From NCBI GenBank assembly GCA_964016885.1, contig OZ024747.1, forward strand, positions 38,998,001-39,062,000: DNA of 64,000 nucleotides, given 5' to 3'. The notes beneath the pieces are model-generated. The model did no database searches. It saw nothing but the letters and a program-made list of their open reading frames with translations, and was not told the origin of the DNA. Of this stretch, positions 41,858 through 54,933 are shown one piece after another. A program made the position numbers and the translations under genes. Source of the stretch: Eledone cirrhosa. Its lineage: Eukaryota. How positions within the stretch are numbered: the stretch's first letter is position 1; each line of letters begins with the position of its first letter.

Positions 41858-43933
41858 ATATTATAAACATTATATAAGAAATGTTAGAAAAATCGCATAT
41901 CATGTTCATGATATTCTGTATTCGCAGAAGCTCCAAAACATCAGTCACAAATTATTGTGACATTAATCAATGTCTTTGTAATGAATACGTGTGAATATTA
42001 CATGCTTCTTTAAAAATTACCTGCAAAGAATAATCTACTTCATATCCCTTCGTAATTCCGCTTTTTGTCAAACACAATTACATATATTTCAATGAAGTAT
42101 TATAAAGCTATGCAGTGATAGTATGCACTGTGTTATACAATAATATTCAACAAGACAAATGTTGAAAAACCATATCCATATGTTTGCATACAATTCTGTT
42201 TTATAGTTATTTGTGTTTCCCCGTTACGTTGCATATTTACTCATTAATTTTACAGTAAGGCGAACTAGATACAGTTGTGTCCCTCTATATGCATATTTTA
42301 ATCCATCGATATATATACATACTTAACTATCAATTAACCAGCCTCGTTATATGAGCATCGGTTATATGAAATCAAAATATGTGTGTATGTGTGTGTGAGT
42401 GTGTGTGTATATATGTGTGTGTGTGTGTGTGTGCGTGCAGAGGGAGAGTAAATAAATAGTGAAAGAGAGTGAAATAAAGAAGGAATAAAAGAACAAAAAA
42501 AAAAGAAATGTTTAGAGGGGACTGAAAGTTACGAACTGGCATTTGACTAAATAACCATTAAAAATATGTTTGGGTGGAAAGTGTAAGTCTTAACAACTGT
42601 AACAGTAGATATGTATGGATTATGTTAACTTATCTTCATCTCCCAAACAATGTATTGCTATAGTTTTACAATTCATATACGTATCTTTCATCGTATTTCT
42701 ACCCGTATTTCTACCTGATCTCTTTGTCCAGCTTTGACGGAAGTACTTGCTGGTGGAAAAGCGTATACAAATTATTTCTTATCGTAGTGGACTGGGTTCG
42801 ATGGCTTGAAATGTTTTATTGCATCGGTCTAAATATGAAGGACAAACTTTCCCTAGAAACGATGATAATATCCTCATAAAAAAACTATTATAAAACATAT
42901 TATCCATTATAAAAAAAAATAAACTTCATTGATTCAAGAAACTAATCGCTTACGTTTTATTAATTTGTTCTATGAATTTTCCAAACAAATTCGATCAAAA
43001 ATTAAATCAACGAACATGTGTAATGAATCAAGTAAACGAAGAGGTTTCGTGATGTGTGTGTCGGTTACACATGTATGAAATAATGGGTGTTAAAACTTAA
43101 CGTGTGATATGGATTATTAAAGTAATGATTAAAATAATAAATATTCAATAATATTGAAATATCCGATTAAGTAATTTACTGTATTTACTTCAGCAAATAT
43201 CTATCACAAAACTCGTTCATTGAATTTTCTATTTTCTACAAAATCCAAATCTAGATGTATATGCTAAATCCCAACGTGTCTAGGATAGCACAGAGCAGAA
43301 TTATTAATTTCATACATTTAGGTATTTTCAAAACCCATAACTGAATAAAAATCTCAAGGCCATTTCATTCCTCTAACATGGGCTTACGTATCTAATATAT
43401 GAAAGTAGTGGTCAATTATACAGAGGCTCCTTTACTTTAGTGGCTAATGATACTATGTTTACATGTCACTCTATTTAGTATCAAAGGTGCTGTCCATGAA
43501 TAAATTGCAATGTCTATGAGAAAATAAGAGCTATTATCTTCTCAGCTGAGAATGCTGTTCATCATGGAATCAGATATCTACTTTTACATTATGCTACAAG
43601 TGGCAATAGAAAACTGATAATATATTGAGAGCACATGCATCCTATGAAAATGTATAGATAAATTAATAATTTTGCGAGAAATATTCCATCGTAAAATATA
43701 AATGATTTGTTTTAAAACTGTCAGCTAATAAATTATTATTATAAGCTGTATCAAATTTCAGTTTCTGTGGCAGATTTTGTTCTGAATATAATAGGTGCAG
43801 ATTACTATATTGATAAAAACGATTCGTGAATAGATTATTACCCTTCAGCCATTCGAGGTCGTTGATAAAGTAAGACGCTAGTATTGGGGTCAAGTATTTC
43901 CACTATAATGCTTTCTCACGTCCCATCTCTCAG

Positions 43934-44185
43934 ATTTTATCCATCTATGAAAAAATATCTGCTGTGTCCAAACCTGGAGAGGGATGGTTTCCAGCAGGCT
44001 TTAAATGGCCAAGAAGCAACGTATTCCACTACGGTGCTCCTATGACTCCACCAGGAATTACGGGACCATACCATTTGAAAATACAAATAACAAAACGCAT
44101 ATGGTTTAATTCAGGAATACAAAGCACTTATGCAAATAGTGGAAGAGGAGACTTCTTAATATTTTTTGTCATAAAAAGAAGCTAA
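43934..44185 (+). CDS. Candidate terminal exon of an unidentified gene
   Basis: Pyrimidine-rich acceptor ..CCCATCTCTCAG, open frame ILSIYEKISAVSKPGEGWFPAGFKWPRSNVFHYGAPMTPPGITGPYH.., TAA, AATAAA ~80 nt downstream. Confidence 0.3.
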   Translation: MLSIYEKISAVSKPGEGWFPAGFKWPRSNVFHYGAPMTPPGITGPYHLKIQITKRIWFNSGIQSTYANSGRGDFLIFFVIKRS

Positions 44186-44816
44186 GCAATGAACAAACAG
44201 TGGCGGCAGGTTAATGGAAACGTATTTAATGGGAAAGGCGGCCATAGTAACACAGCTTTATTTAATGAATAAAGAAGTGCCTATAGCTTAGTGTAATTGC
44301 TGGATGGCATATCAAATATAAATGATACAAAATAAATGAATTAGTATAGAAGCATATAGTGGGATTAAGTAAAAATAAACATTTTTATATATTCAAAAAA
44401 TAAACAGTCTACGTAGCGGTGAAACAAAGTGCGAAAAGCTCTCATTTTAATTTTGTGTTCGGAAGTGTTGATTATATAACTGGAATGTTTATGACTGATA
44501 CGATCATGAGTTGTGTTAATCAGATCAAAATATATGCAACCTTTTGCGAAGAATTCACTCTATTAATACCCTTAATGCATAGGGAATTGTTATTGCAATT
44601 ACAAAAGTGCTTTAGAGGATATAGCAAATATAGATGTGCATGATCATATCAGTATGGTAATATCTGCTTAATAGGCATACAGCAATAAATATTTCAGGGT
44701 GCACTTTAATGCAACGTCTTCCATAATATCGATTAAATAACAGTGGCAGAGATGTTTGTTGCGAAATTTGATGTGATAATGAATAATGTATACATTAATA
44801 TATAAAAGGTATACAT

Positions 44817-44950
<134 letters not shown>

Positions 44951-45186
44951 CTTGTATTCCACTACAGGACATACTCACACATGCACATTCATTTATAGAT
45001 GCATGGAATGATGCTGGTTTCAGTTGATAAGAATATGTTGCACAATCAAAATATTAGGAATTCGAGACTATATATCTATTTATCTACCTCTCTATTTATC
45101 TATGAATAATATTGTCGTGCTCTCTTTCTCTCCACCGCTATCTCTCTCTCTTCCTCTCTCTTTCTCTCTTTCTCTCTCTCTCTCCC

Positions 45187-45271
<85 letters not shown>

Positions 45272-45274
45272 ATG

Positions 45275-45580
45275 TAGATAAATATACAGTAGTGTCCAAT
45301 CCGTATGAAGAACTCAATGTAATCCAAATATAGATGATATCATGAAAAGAGAAAATGCATTCAAAAATTTACGATAAAAATCTTAGGAAAACAGAGTCAA
45401 GATGAATTAATAAAAACAATGAAATAAAAACAAAGAACAAGTTCCTTATATAAAAAAAATCATCATTTTACGATCGTTTCTGGGTTGTATATGTATGTTG
45501 GTATGTATATTATATAGATCTATGTAAAAATATTACAAATTATCAGAGGAGATATACATACCCTCACATATACATGCCAT
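45275..45580 (-). mobile_element. Inverted PLE pLTR segment with the 3' half of a hammerhead, upstream of the Naiad-like ORF
   Basis: Homologous to 52810-53135 (TAGTGTCCAATCCGTATGAAGAACTCAATG shared); minus GAAA-CGATCG-TA-AAAT present, CTGA core absent. Confidence 0.75.
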
Positions 45581-45627
45581 ATATATCGTATATATCCTAT
45601 ATACTATATACTATGGATATATACGAT

Positions 45628-47726
45628 ATGGATTACTCATTCCAAAACATTCCAATACCTTCCAATACATCTTACACCAAAATGTTAATCGATAAATTCG
45701 AAAGAGTTATACAAAGAATGAGATGGAAGGCGATGATATTCGATGTACAGTTCAGTACTAATTCAACGGATTACTTTGATATTAAATCATGCACATATCC
45801 ACCTAGAGTTAAGGATATGGCTCCCTTCGATTTAGACTTAGTTAACATGATCAACCAATTAAAATTTCGTAAGTACAATAATATTTTTCAATCTAAACTT
45901 TTTAATGATATTTCTAATATCAAACGCACTAATAATACGCTTGTATTCTATGATAAATCTAAAAACCTTTACGAAGTTAATAACCATTTATACAACCAGC
46001 TTTTAATGGATAGTATCACTACTAAATATCAAAAAGCTAATATTAATATCTATAATATTATAAATAATTAAGCTAAAGCTATAGCTAGTAAAGTAAAAGT
46101 AGATAACAGAACTGAACGCCTAGCCAAATGTAAAACATTTACACTTAAAGACCATAAATCAGACTTTAATAACCGACCTAGTTGTAGACTTATTAACCCT
46201 GCTAAATCAGAAATTAGTTTTGCTAGTAAAAAAAATCTTAAGAAATATAATCCTTCAAATAAGAACTAAAATAGAATTATTCCAATGGTTAAAACATTCC
46301 TCCGTTATATCCTGGTTTAATAACATGCAAGAGAAAAATAAGCGTAGATTTACCCAATTTGAAATTGTAGATTTCTACCCCTCTATTACTGAATCCTTAT
46401 TAACTTAATCTTTAGAATTCCTTAGACAATTTATTAAAATATCCAATTTATAGGAGGATTTTATCTTACACGCTAGGAAAACGCTACTTTTCGCTAAAGA
46501 AGAAACTTGGGTTAAAAGATCAAACCCAGAAAACCCTTCTGACGTCTCTAAGGGTACGTTTGACAGTGCCGACGTGTGCGAGTTAGTTTGATTATTCCGC
46601 CTCTTAGAGAGACATTTCCCAACAATACTATCGGCTTATACCGACACGATGGATTGGATGTCTCTCATACCACAAAAGGCCATAACCTCGACAAATTCTG
46701 TAAAGATTTAATTAATACCTTTTCTAAACTAAACCTCAAAATGACTATAGATAGTAACCTAATACAAACTTCCTCGACATCTATCTTGACCTACTTACTG
46801 GTTCTTTCAAACCCTACCTTAAACATAACGAAAATTTAGAATATATACACAAAGAGTCTTGCCATCCTCCTATAGTATTTAAAAAAAACGTTATTCCTAA
46901 TATTAGACGTATGATTTCTACCTTATCTCCTTCTGTAGACATTTTTTAAAAAACAGCCCCTTATTATAATAAGGCCCTTAAAAATAGCGGTTTCAACGAC
47001 CGGATCGAATATATACACACTCCTCCCACTACCACTAAACACAATAATAGGAAAAATAATAATATGGTTTACTCCACCTTTCTCTTTAACAGTTAAAACT
47101 AATGTAGGAAGAACATTCTTTGAACATCTAGACAAACATTTCCCCCAACAACATAGATATAATAAGATATTTAATAGAAATTTAGTTAATATTAGCTACT
47201 CTTGCTGCCCATCAATGAAATCTAAAATTACGGACATGAGTATCAATAAAAGAAATCCAGGATGTAGTTGCAGAAAAGTTGAAGAATACCCTTCACAGGG
47301 GAAATGTAATACGAAATCAATCGTATCCGAGGCTAAAGTAACAACTATTGCAAATAACCAACCAGCCATGAGTGAGCGATATGTGGGTATGAGGCAATAT
47401 GGATTCAAAATAAGATACTACGTACATGTCGTTTCCTTCAAACATCCAGGCAAAAACGACAACTACGGCGCTGTCAAATAAAGTGTGGGAGTTAAAAGAA
47501 GGTAAGATTCCATATATGATTGATTGGTGCATTTTAGACAACTCAAAAGAAGATCAGAAAGGCACAAAGAAATGTTCTTTGTGTATAACCGAAAAATCTG
47601 CAAAATCTTGAATCTTCCAATACTTGCCTCAATTCGAAAACTGAGATGTTCAGAAGTTATCCACACATGAAATCACATCTTCTTTCCAGCTGGTATAATA
47701 TACCTTTGGACACTCAACCACTCTGA
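45628..47726 (+). pseudogene. Naiad-like Penelope element, near-complete RT + C-terminal GIY-YIG ORF with stops/frameshifts
   Basis: DYSFQNIPIPS..QRMRWKA, TLKDHK..RLINPAKSE, FEIVDFYPSI, GTFDSADVCELV, GLYRHDGL (catalytic D lost), IIWFTPPFS, CSC..C, YVG, ALSNKVWELK, CSLCITEK, LNSKTEM. Confidence 0.88.
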
Positions 47727-48125
47727 ACTTCCTCATTTTACAAATAAACTCTTCCACTCACTATCCTGATCTCTTTATGAACACATACATTTAACTGCAC
47801 CCATTACACACAATAAACACCCACTTATTTATTTTAATTATATACCCCCCCCCCTTTTTTTTCATACCTTTACACACACACACCGTCCACTTTCATTCTT
47901 TCTACGCTTCATAACCCATTAGAGATTTTGAACACTTCTTCCTTTTTAACATTTAACCATACTTTTATCTACAACCAAAAACACTCACATATTCACTTTA
48001 ATCATATACCCTTTGTCATACACACACTCTGATTACCTTCATTACTCTAACATAGCCTTTTTCTTTCTACCTAATAGTTATACTCTTTCTACATACACCT
48101 TTACATTTCATTATTATAATAACGC

Positions 48126-48342
48126 GATTGGCAGTATCGGTAGAGTGTCGGACGCCATGCTTTGCACCAAGGAGTTACGGCCCTTTATGGTATGAGTTCA
48201 AATCGCGCCGAGGTTAACTTTGCCTTTCATCCTTACGGGGTCGATAAAATAAAGAACCAGTCACGCACTGGGATTGATTTTATCGACTTTCCGCTCCCTC
48301 CAAAATTGCTGGCCTTCTGCCTATATAAGAAACAATTATTAT
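48126..48342 (+). mobile_element. SINE, long variant (extra GATTGATTTTATCGACTTTCCGCTCCCTCC segment)
   Basis: Same head/core as other copies with a ~30-nt longer 3' region. Confidence 0.9.
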
Positions 48343-48533
48343 GCGGTGAATTGGCAGTATCGGTAGAGGGTTGGACGCCTTGCTTTCTAGCATAGTTACG
48401 TCCCTTTACAGTCTGCGTTCAAATCCCGCCGAGAATAACTTTGTCTTTCATTCGTACGGGGTCGATAAAATAAAGTACCAGTAATGTACTGGGTAATTTG
48501 CTGGCCTTGTGCCTAAAAGTAGAAACAATTATT
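48343..48533 (+). mobile_element. SINE
   Basis: Full copy directly after the tail of the previous one. Confidence 0.9.
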
Positions 48534-48556
48534 ATAATAACGGGATTATTATAATT

Positions 48557-48748
48557 GGGCGGAGGATAGGCAGTATCGGTAGAGGGTCGGACGCCATGCT
48601 TTGCAGTAAAGAGTTACGGCCCTTTATGGTCTAAGTTCAAATCCCGCCGAGGTTAACTTTGCCCTTCATCCTTACGGGGTCGATAAAATAAAGTACCAGT
48701 AATACACTGAGATAATTGCTGGCCTTGTGCCAAAAGTAGAAGCAATTA
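48557..48748 (+). mobile_element. SINE
   Basis: Full copy; ATAATAACGGG on both sides. Confidence 0.9.
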
Positions 48749-49027
48749 ATATAATAACGGGAACTCTAATTCTCTCTTTCAGATAATATATTCATACATA
48801 TATATGGATATATGCCGGTTTATGTATGTATTTATTTATGTGTTTATGTAACATCGTGTGTGTATTCTTGCATTTATACGTATATATGTATAATTATATA
48901 TGTGTGTATGTATGTGCATGTCTATGTATGTATATGTTCTGCATTGTACGTATGTGTGCAGGAGTGTATAGATACCTGTGTATATGTGTATATATATATA
49001 TATGTTTATCCATATTTGTATATTATG

Positions 49028-49079
<52 letters not shown>

Positions 49080-49121
49080 ACAAAAGCTGAAAAATATCCT
49101 TTGACCTTCGAATGACTCTGC

Positions 49122-49160
<39 letters not shown>

Positions 49161-49231
49161 ATCTTAATAGCCATTTGACACACATCGCTGCTGGCCATTG
49201 TCGCAGCATCGAACACCGTACTACTACTACT

Positions 49232-49293
<62 letters not shown>

Positions 49294-49315
49294 ACACACA
49301 CACACACATATTTGT

Positions 49316-49792
49316 TGTGAAAGAGTCATTTCTCAATCTTGGCGCAAAACCAATTTTTTATCCACATGACCTCTACCGACCAATCAAAATTGTTTTGACC
49401 AATAATTTTTGCTGGGGCCACTTTTTTAACATTTTAACATAAAAACAGTCTTGGCGCAAAATCAACTTTTTACATTCACATGACCTCTACCGACCAATCA
49501 AAATTGTTTTGACCACAAGCAGTTTTGCAACACAAAAATAACGCTGGAGCCACTTTTTTAACATAAAAACAGGTAGAATTCCCAAAACTAATCAGATCAG
49601 AGCAAACAGCACGCACACTCTATCTCAAAATTATTTTCGAAAAGCATTTAGAAATGCGCAACCGGTAAAAACTTAAAAACTTAAAACCACAACTGAATAC
49701 TAACCCATACAATCACTAATACTCTTTAATTCCTAATTAAACCATTTTTCAACTGTGAACAATTTGTCACCATTTTCTATTCCGTTTACCAA
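49316..49792. repeat. Unclassified repeat with internal ~110-bp tandem duplication
   Basis: TCTTGGCGCAAAA..CACATGACCTCTACCGACCAATCAAAATTGTTTTGACCA..GCCACTTTTTTAACAT occurs twice (49337-49448, 49449-49572). Confidence 0.7.
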
Positions 49793-50031
49793 TATATATA
49801 TATATATATATGTTTATCCATATTTGTATGTGTGTGTATATATATGTGTATGTATACGTGCCGTAAATGTTATAGTGTATTTAATTTGATCTATTTAATT
49901 TTTTCATGTGTGTATAGATATAAACTTTTCCTATTGTATGTATTTCCATACTTCTATGTCTGCGTACATGTGTACATGCGTACATGAATTTTATATTTTT
50001 TATTTATTTTTTTTAATTTTTTTTTTATTTT

Positions 50032-50091
<60 letters not shown>

Positions 50092-50182
50092 ATGTGTGTG
50101 TGTGTATGTATTTATGCATATGTGTGCGTATGTATGTGCGAATATATGTGTTTTTTTAGATATACACATATGTGTGTGTGCA

Positions 50183-50244
<62 letters not shown>

Positions 50245-50248
<4 letters not shown>

Positions 50249-51310
50249 TAAGAATAACATGGTTTGACAAAACAAACAAGAACATTTATTTATAGTCTTA
50301 CAATTGTTTCCATGGTAGAATTGTCTATAAATTGCTAAATACTGAAGAAGTATAAATCAACTTACAATGCATTTAAATTCAACCATTTCCTCAGAGACCA
50401 TTAAGAAATATAAAATATATGCGTAACGGTAAAATTAAAAATTCAAACTACTACATCAATACTATTAATAATGATAAATAAATAAAGGAAGGGAGACAGA
50501 TGGAAATGAGAGAGAAAGACAGAAATAAGGAGCTAAGATATAGTTAAAAGTATAACCGGCAATTTTACGAAATCAACCTAGCGTATTAAAATACATATGA
50601 TATTGATAATAATAAATATATGTGTAGAGAAGGAGAGCGGGGGGGGATATATCATAGGCCACGAGGAAGGATAAGTAAGGAAGATGAGTAAGAGATAGAG
50701 GAAGATTGAGAGGGATGAGGGAGTAGAGGGAATAGAAATTAATCAAGAATATGGGGAAGTGTAAGAAGAGAGAAGAGACAATATAGAAGAGAAAATTAAT
50801 ATACGGATATGAAGAATAGAGAGAAGAAAATAAAGACACGGACGAGTATACATTACTATGTAAAATAGCTAGTTTGCGAAGTATTATATTATGAGATAAA
50901 ATGATCGAGATAGGATATGCTTAAGTGTAGAGATATAAAGACACATGGTGAAAGATGTATATATATAAGGAAATAAATGATGTAAATATAAATAAAAAAT
51001 AAAAGTAAAAATAATGATGTTAATACAAATGTTTTTAACTTATTCATACATAGTTGTGAAGATTGTGGTAATTTGATATGGTAATAAGTTCTAGAAGTGT
51101 AAAAAGGAATAAGGAGAAGTAATGGAGTTAAGTTGGTCTAAAGTTCTGGAACATAGATGCTGATTTATGCCTGCAAAAAATAGTTCGCTCAATTCTACTG
51201 TTAAGAAGGGTTTTACTAAAATTAAGAATTTGGAAGAGCTCCATATTACAGACCCTACAATGGGACATACCAGTTTGATAGTATTTTCCAGCTGATCTCG
51301 TATTTAGTGC
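50245..51310 (-). mobile_element. Naiad-like PLE 3' fragment with UTR and hammerhead, ending in (TA)n
   Basis: YYQTGMSHCRVCNMELFQIL..LLNSRIERTIFCRHK; paralog of the 37 kb fragment. Confidence 0.82.
50293..50400 (-). ncRNA. Type I hammerhead with long stem II, intact core
   Basis: Minus TGGTCT-CTGAGGA-AATGGT..ACCATG-GAAA-CAATTG-TA-AGACTA. Confidence 0.85.
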
Positions 51311-51495
51311 CTGCATTTTGAGTTGCCTTTTTTCTTTCGCCGGAAAATGGTCACCAAAGTAAACATCTTGTTGAGTCACACATTACCGTTTATGAGACGT
51401 TTATTTCGCAGTCTCTTATCGGATTACCTTTAACAATTTATTGTTATTCTACACACACATATATATATATACAAATGGAAGTTTAGGAAAATCTA

Positions 51496-51533
<38 letters not shown>

Positions 51534-51802
51534 AATGTGTACATATATATATAAGTGTGTGTGTGTGTGTGTGTGTGTGTGCAAGTGCATGTGTATATAC
51601 GTCTGTGTATATATGCGCGTGTATATTTGTGTGTGTATATATATATATGTTTATATGTATATATGTATATATGTACATATTTATATATATATGTATATGC
51701 GTGTGTGTATGTATGTATATATGTGTGTGTATGTATATATATACATGCATATGTATGTGTATGTTTGTATATATATCTATGTATGTGTATATATATATAC
51801 AT

Positions 51803-51886
<84 letters not shown>

Positions 51887-51905
51887 GGTGTGTATGTGTG
51901 TATGT

Positions 51906-52767
51906 CTATCATCATAGTGGACTATTGTATGCGCCTCGCACTGGAGAAACACCAGGACTCTGGCTTTCCTGTAACACCGGCTCAGAGTAGGAGAGTTAAG
52001 GCGAAAAAGATATTAGATGCGGAATTTGCCGACGACATAGTGTTGGTGACGAATACAGTGAAGGAGGCAGAGTATTTGATGCAGGAGGTTGAGACTGTGT
52101 CGATGAGTGTGGGGCTGAGAATGAATGAGACTAAAACAAAATATCTGGTAGAGAAAGTTGAGAAGCCAGATGGGATCACTAATGTAGGCGGGAAGCCGCT
52201 AGAATTGGTTGAGGAATTCCTGTATTTGGGAGCAAAGATTGGGAATACGTGAGATGATGTGGTCAAGAGGAAGAGGAAAGCCTGGGAGGCGTGCCACATC
52301 TTGAGTTCCGTGTGGAAGTCGGATCTTCGTAAAGACCTGAAAATCCGCGTCTTCATTGCTGTAGTGGAGTTTGTGCTGCTGTACGTGTCTGAGACTTGGA
52401 CACTGACCATGAAACTCACTCTAGTGCTACACGAGAATGCTGAAGATGGCTCTGAACATTAATCAGTATACACTGAGGATGTAAAACTCAGAGCTGTATG
52501 GGAGCCTCACAAAAGGCAGCTCAAAAGTGACACAGAGGAGACTGAGGTTAGCTGGACATGCTCACCGACATCCAGAGTTGACAATGCATTCAGTGCTCCT
52601 GTGGGAGCCCCTACATTGGCACACTGGAAGAAGAAGACCAAGGTTAACGTATGTTGATGCCCTAAGGACAGACACTGGTCTGTTGGAGGCGCAGGACATG
52701 GCAGCAATGATGAGGGACAGAGACCGCTGGAGAGAACTCGTCCATGGATCTCGGGAATCTTACCAGT

Positions 52768-52770
<3 letters not shown>
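51906..52770 (+). mobile_element. RTE-clade LINE 3' fragment
   Basis: [72 protein letters not shown]. Confidence 0.88.
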
Positions 52771-52811
<41 letters not shown>

Positions 52812-53001
52812 GATAAATCTACCAAGAGTATACGGTAGTGTCCAATCCGTATGAAGAACTCAATGTATTCCGGATATCATGGAAAGAAGAGATGTAATGA
52901 AAATCAAATTTCGGTGAAAGATAAACGGTATACAGAGTCAAGATAAAATATTAAACAAATAATGAACAAACAATTCCTTATATTAAACAAAAAAAGTTCA
53001 C

Positions 53002-53146
53002 TATTTAACGATCGTTTCTAGGGTATATATGTGTTATAATTGGTATGCATATTTAACAGATCTATGTACAAAATTATACAAAATTATACAAATTATCAAG
53101 ATTAAATATACATACCTAACTCATATATACGCCGTCTTCAGAAATA
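53002..53146 (-). ncRNA. Type I hammerhead with ~115-nt stem II domain (left arm of palindrome)
   Basis: TATTT-CTGAAGA-CGGCGTATATATG..CATATATACCCTA-GAAA-CGATCG-TT-AAATA. Confidence 0.8.
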
Positions 53147-53289
53147 ATTTCTGAAGACGGCGTATATATGAGTTAGGTATGTATATTTAATCTTGATAAT
53201 TTGTATAATTTTGTATAATTTTGTACATAGATCTGTTAAATATGCATACCAATTATAACACATATATACCCTAGAAACGATCGTTAAAT
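53147..53289 (+). ncRNA. Type I hammerhead (right arm of palindrome)
   Basis: Mirror copy: ATTT-CTGAAGA...GAAA-CGATCG-TT-AAAT. Confidence 0.8.
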
Positions 53290-53468
53290 AGTGAACTTTT
53301 TTTGTTTAATATAAGGAATTGTTTGTTCATTATTTGTTTAATATTTTATATATATATATATACATACATATATATATTATTCAAAATATTAACAATGTGG
53401 TTTTTTTTTTTCAGTACGTCCTCATCAGACACAATATATGATTTGATATATGACATACCGCTACGGGC

Positions 53469-53519
53469 TTGATTATTCAATTCCAGTATTGATTGCCAAT
53501 ACTGGAATTGAATAATCAA
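53469..53519. repeat. Perfect 23-bp hairpin, 5-nt loop
   Basis: TTGATTATTCAATTCCAGTATTG-ATTGC-CAATACTGGAATTGAATAATCAA. Confidence 0.9.
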
Positions 53520-53647
53520 CCTACTGTTGAGTGCTTCTAATCTATTGTAAAATGGTATTCATTGAGTAATCAACGAACCATAATAATTTTTGGTTATATA
53601 TAAACCTTTATTTGTCTGCCTTTCTGTTTTGTCCCCGTCTAAATTTG

Positions 53648-53684
<37 letters not shown>

Positions 53685-54125
53685 TACCAGTCTTTACTGC
53701 TATTATTCACACGCGGGCCACGAGAACGAAAAACTTGTTGACAAAGTAAATTCCTCTGTTATATCTTCCGAAAACCAGTAACTTGCAGACCCCTGCAAGT
53801 AGATTTTGTCGATTTCGTATTTTTAGAAACCTACCAGAGATATTATACCTTATATGTGATATATGTTATATAATATATATTATGTGTTGTGTATGGTATC
53901 GACGCGATGGTCAGATTTGTCCTATTTTATCCTGAGTTCAGTTTTTTCGTCGCTTCGGTCACTGCGGCCCGTCTATCGGTCGCTGTCTCCATTTTCCAAA
54001 GCTGTCAACACGTAATGTTATAACTCTAAGGTAATATGCCATATTGAGTGCTTAGCTGCACACCCCGACTACATTAGTTAGCATTCCTGCAGCCAGATTT
54101 CGTTGATGCTGTACTAATGTACTAA

Positions 54126-54160
<35 letters not shown>

Positions 54161-54414
54161 GGAAAAGAAATTTCACTTCTCACTCATAGCACGGCAGTTA
54201 CTTAAATTTAAGTATGTATGTATACGTACATATATGTATACAGACGTATAGTAGTATGTATATATATACATACATGCACACACACATATATGTACGTATC
54301 GGTTTACCGAACATTTATTATAATTTTTCTTTTTGTTTGTAAACAAACAGCCCGAATTACGCTGAACAGCGTTTAGGCAACCACGTCACATTTTTGTTGA
54401 ACACTGACACAGGA

Positions 54415-54457
54415 ACGATGTACTAGTTTCAAGCTTATTAGCTATCGTCAGCATCGT
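54415..54457 (-). ncRNA. Minimal type I hammerhead ribozyme
   Basis: Identical to 13227-13269. Confidence 0.9.
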
Positions 54458-54925
54458 ATACCTTCCTGCCATATGATTGAACGTCTGAAAGTATATATTT
54501 TCCTTATGCATATTAAAGACTGAGTAGCCAAATTTGCATATCGAGTGAGTTTAGTCGGCCGGGCGCACCGAAAACGATAAATGGAAAAGAATGAAACGAA
54601 ATTTCATTTCTCACTCTTAGTATGGCAGTTACTTAAATGTAAGTATGTATGTATAAGTACATAAATATATGTATACAGACGTACGTACCGGCACACATAC
54701 ATGCACACACACATATATGTACGTATATATGTATACACATATATGTGTGTGTACATGTGTGTATTTATATACATACTACTGTACGTCTGTATACATATAT
54801 GTATGTACATATACATACATTCTTACATTTAAGTAACTGCCATACTAAGAGTGAGAAATGAAATTTCGTTTCATTGTTTTCCATTTATCGTTTTCGGTGC
54901 GCCCGGCCGACTAAACTCACTCGAT

Positions 54926-54933
54926 ATGCAAAT
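54926..54933 (+). promoter_or_regulatory. Octamer motif ATGCAAAT upstream of the hammerhead
   Basis: Exact octamer, also at 54532-54539, 13344-13351 and 20005-20012 (minus strand), always 5' of an HHR; function inferred only. Confidence 0.4.

Larger units (their letters stand above)
52810..53349. mobile_element. PLE pLTR with perfect fold-back (palindrome 52943-53349, centre 53146)
   Basis: 203-bp arms are exact reverse complements; homologous to 45275-45580; flanked by (TA)n. Confidence 0.85.

Noticed and set aside
47255-47670. Selenocysteine codons in the Naiad-like endonuclease
   Set aside because: Conserved Cys positions are TGT/TGC or TAC/TAT, not TGA
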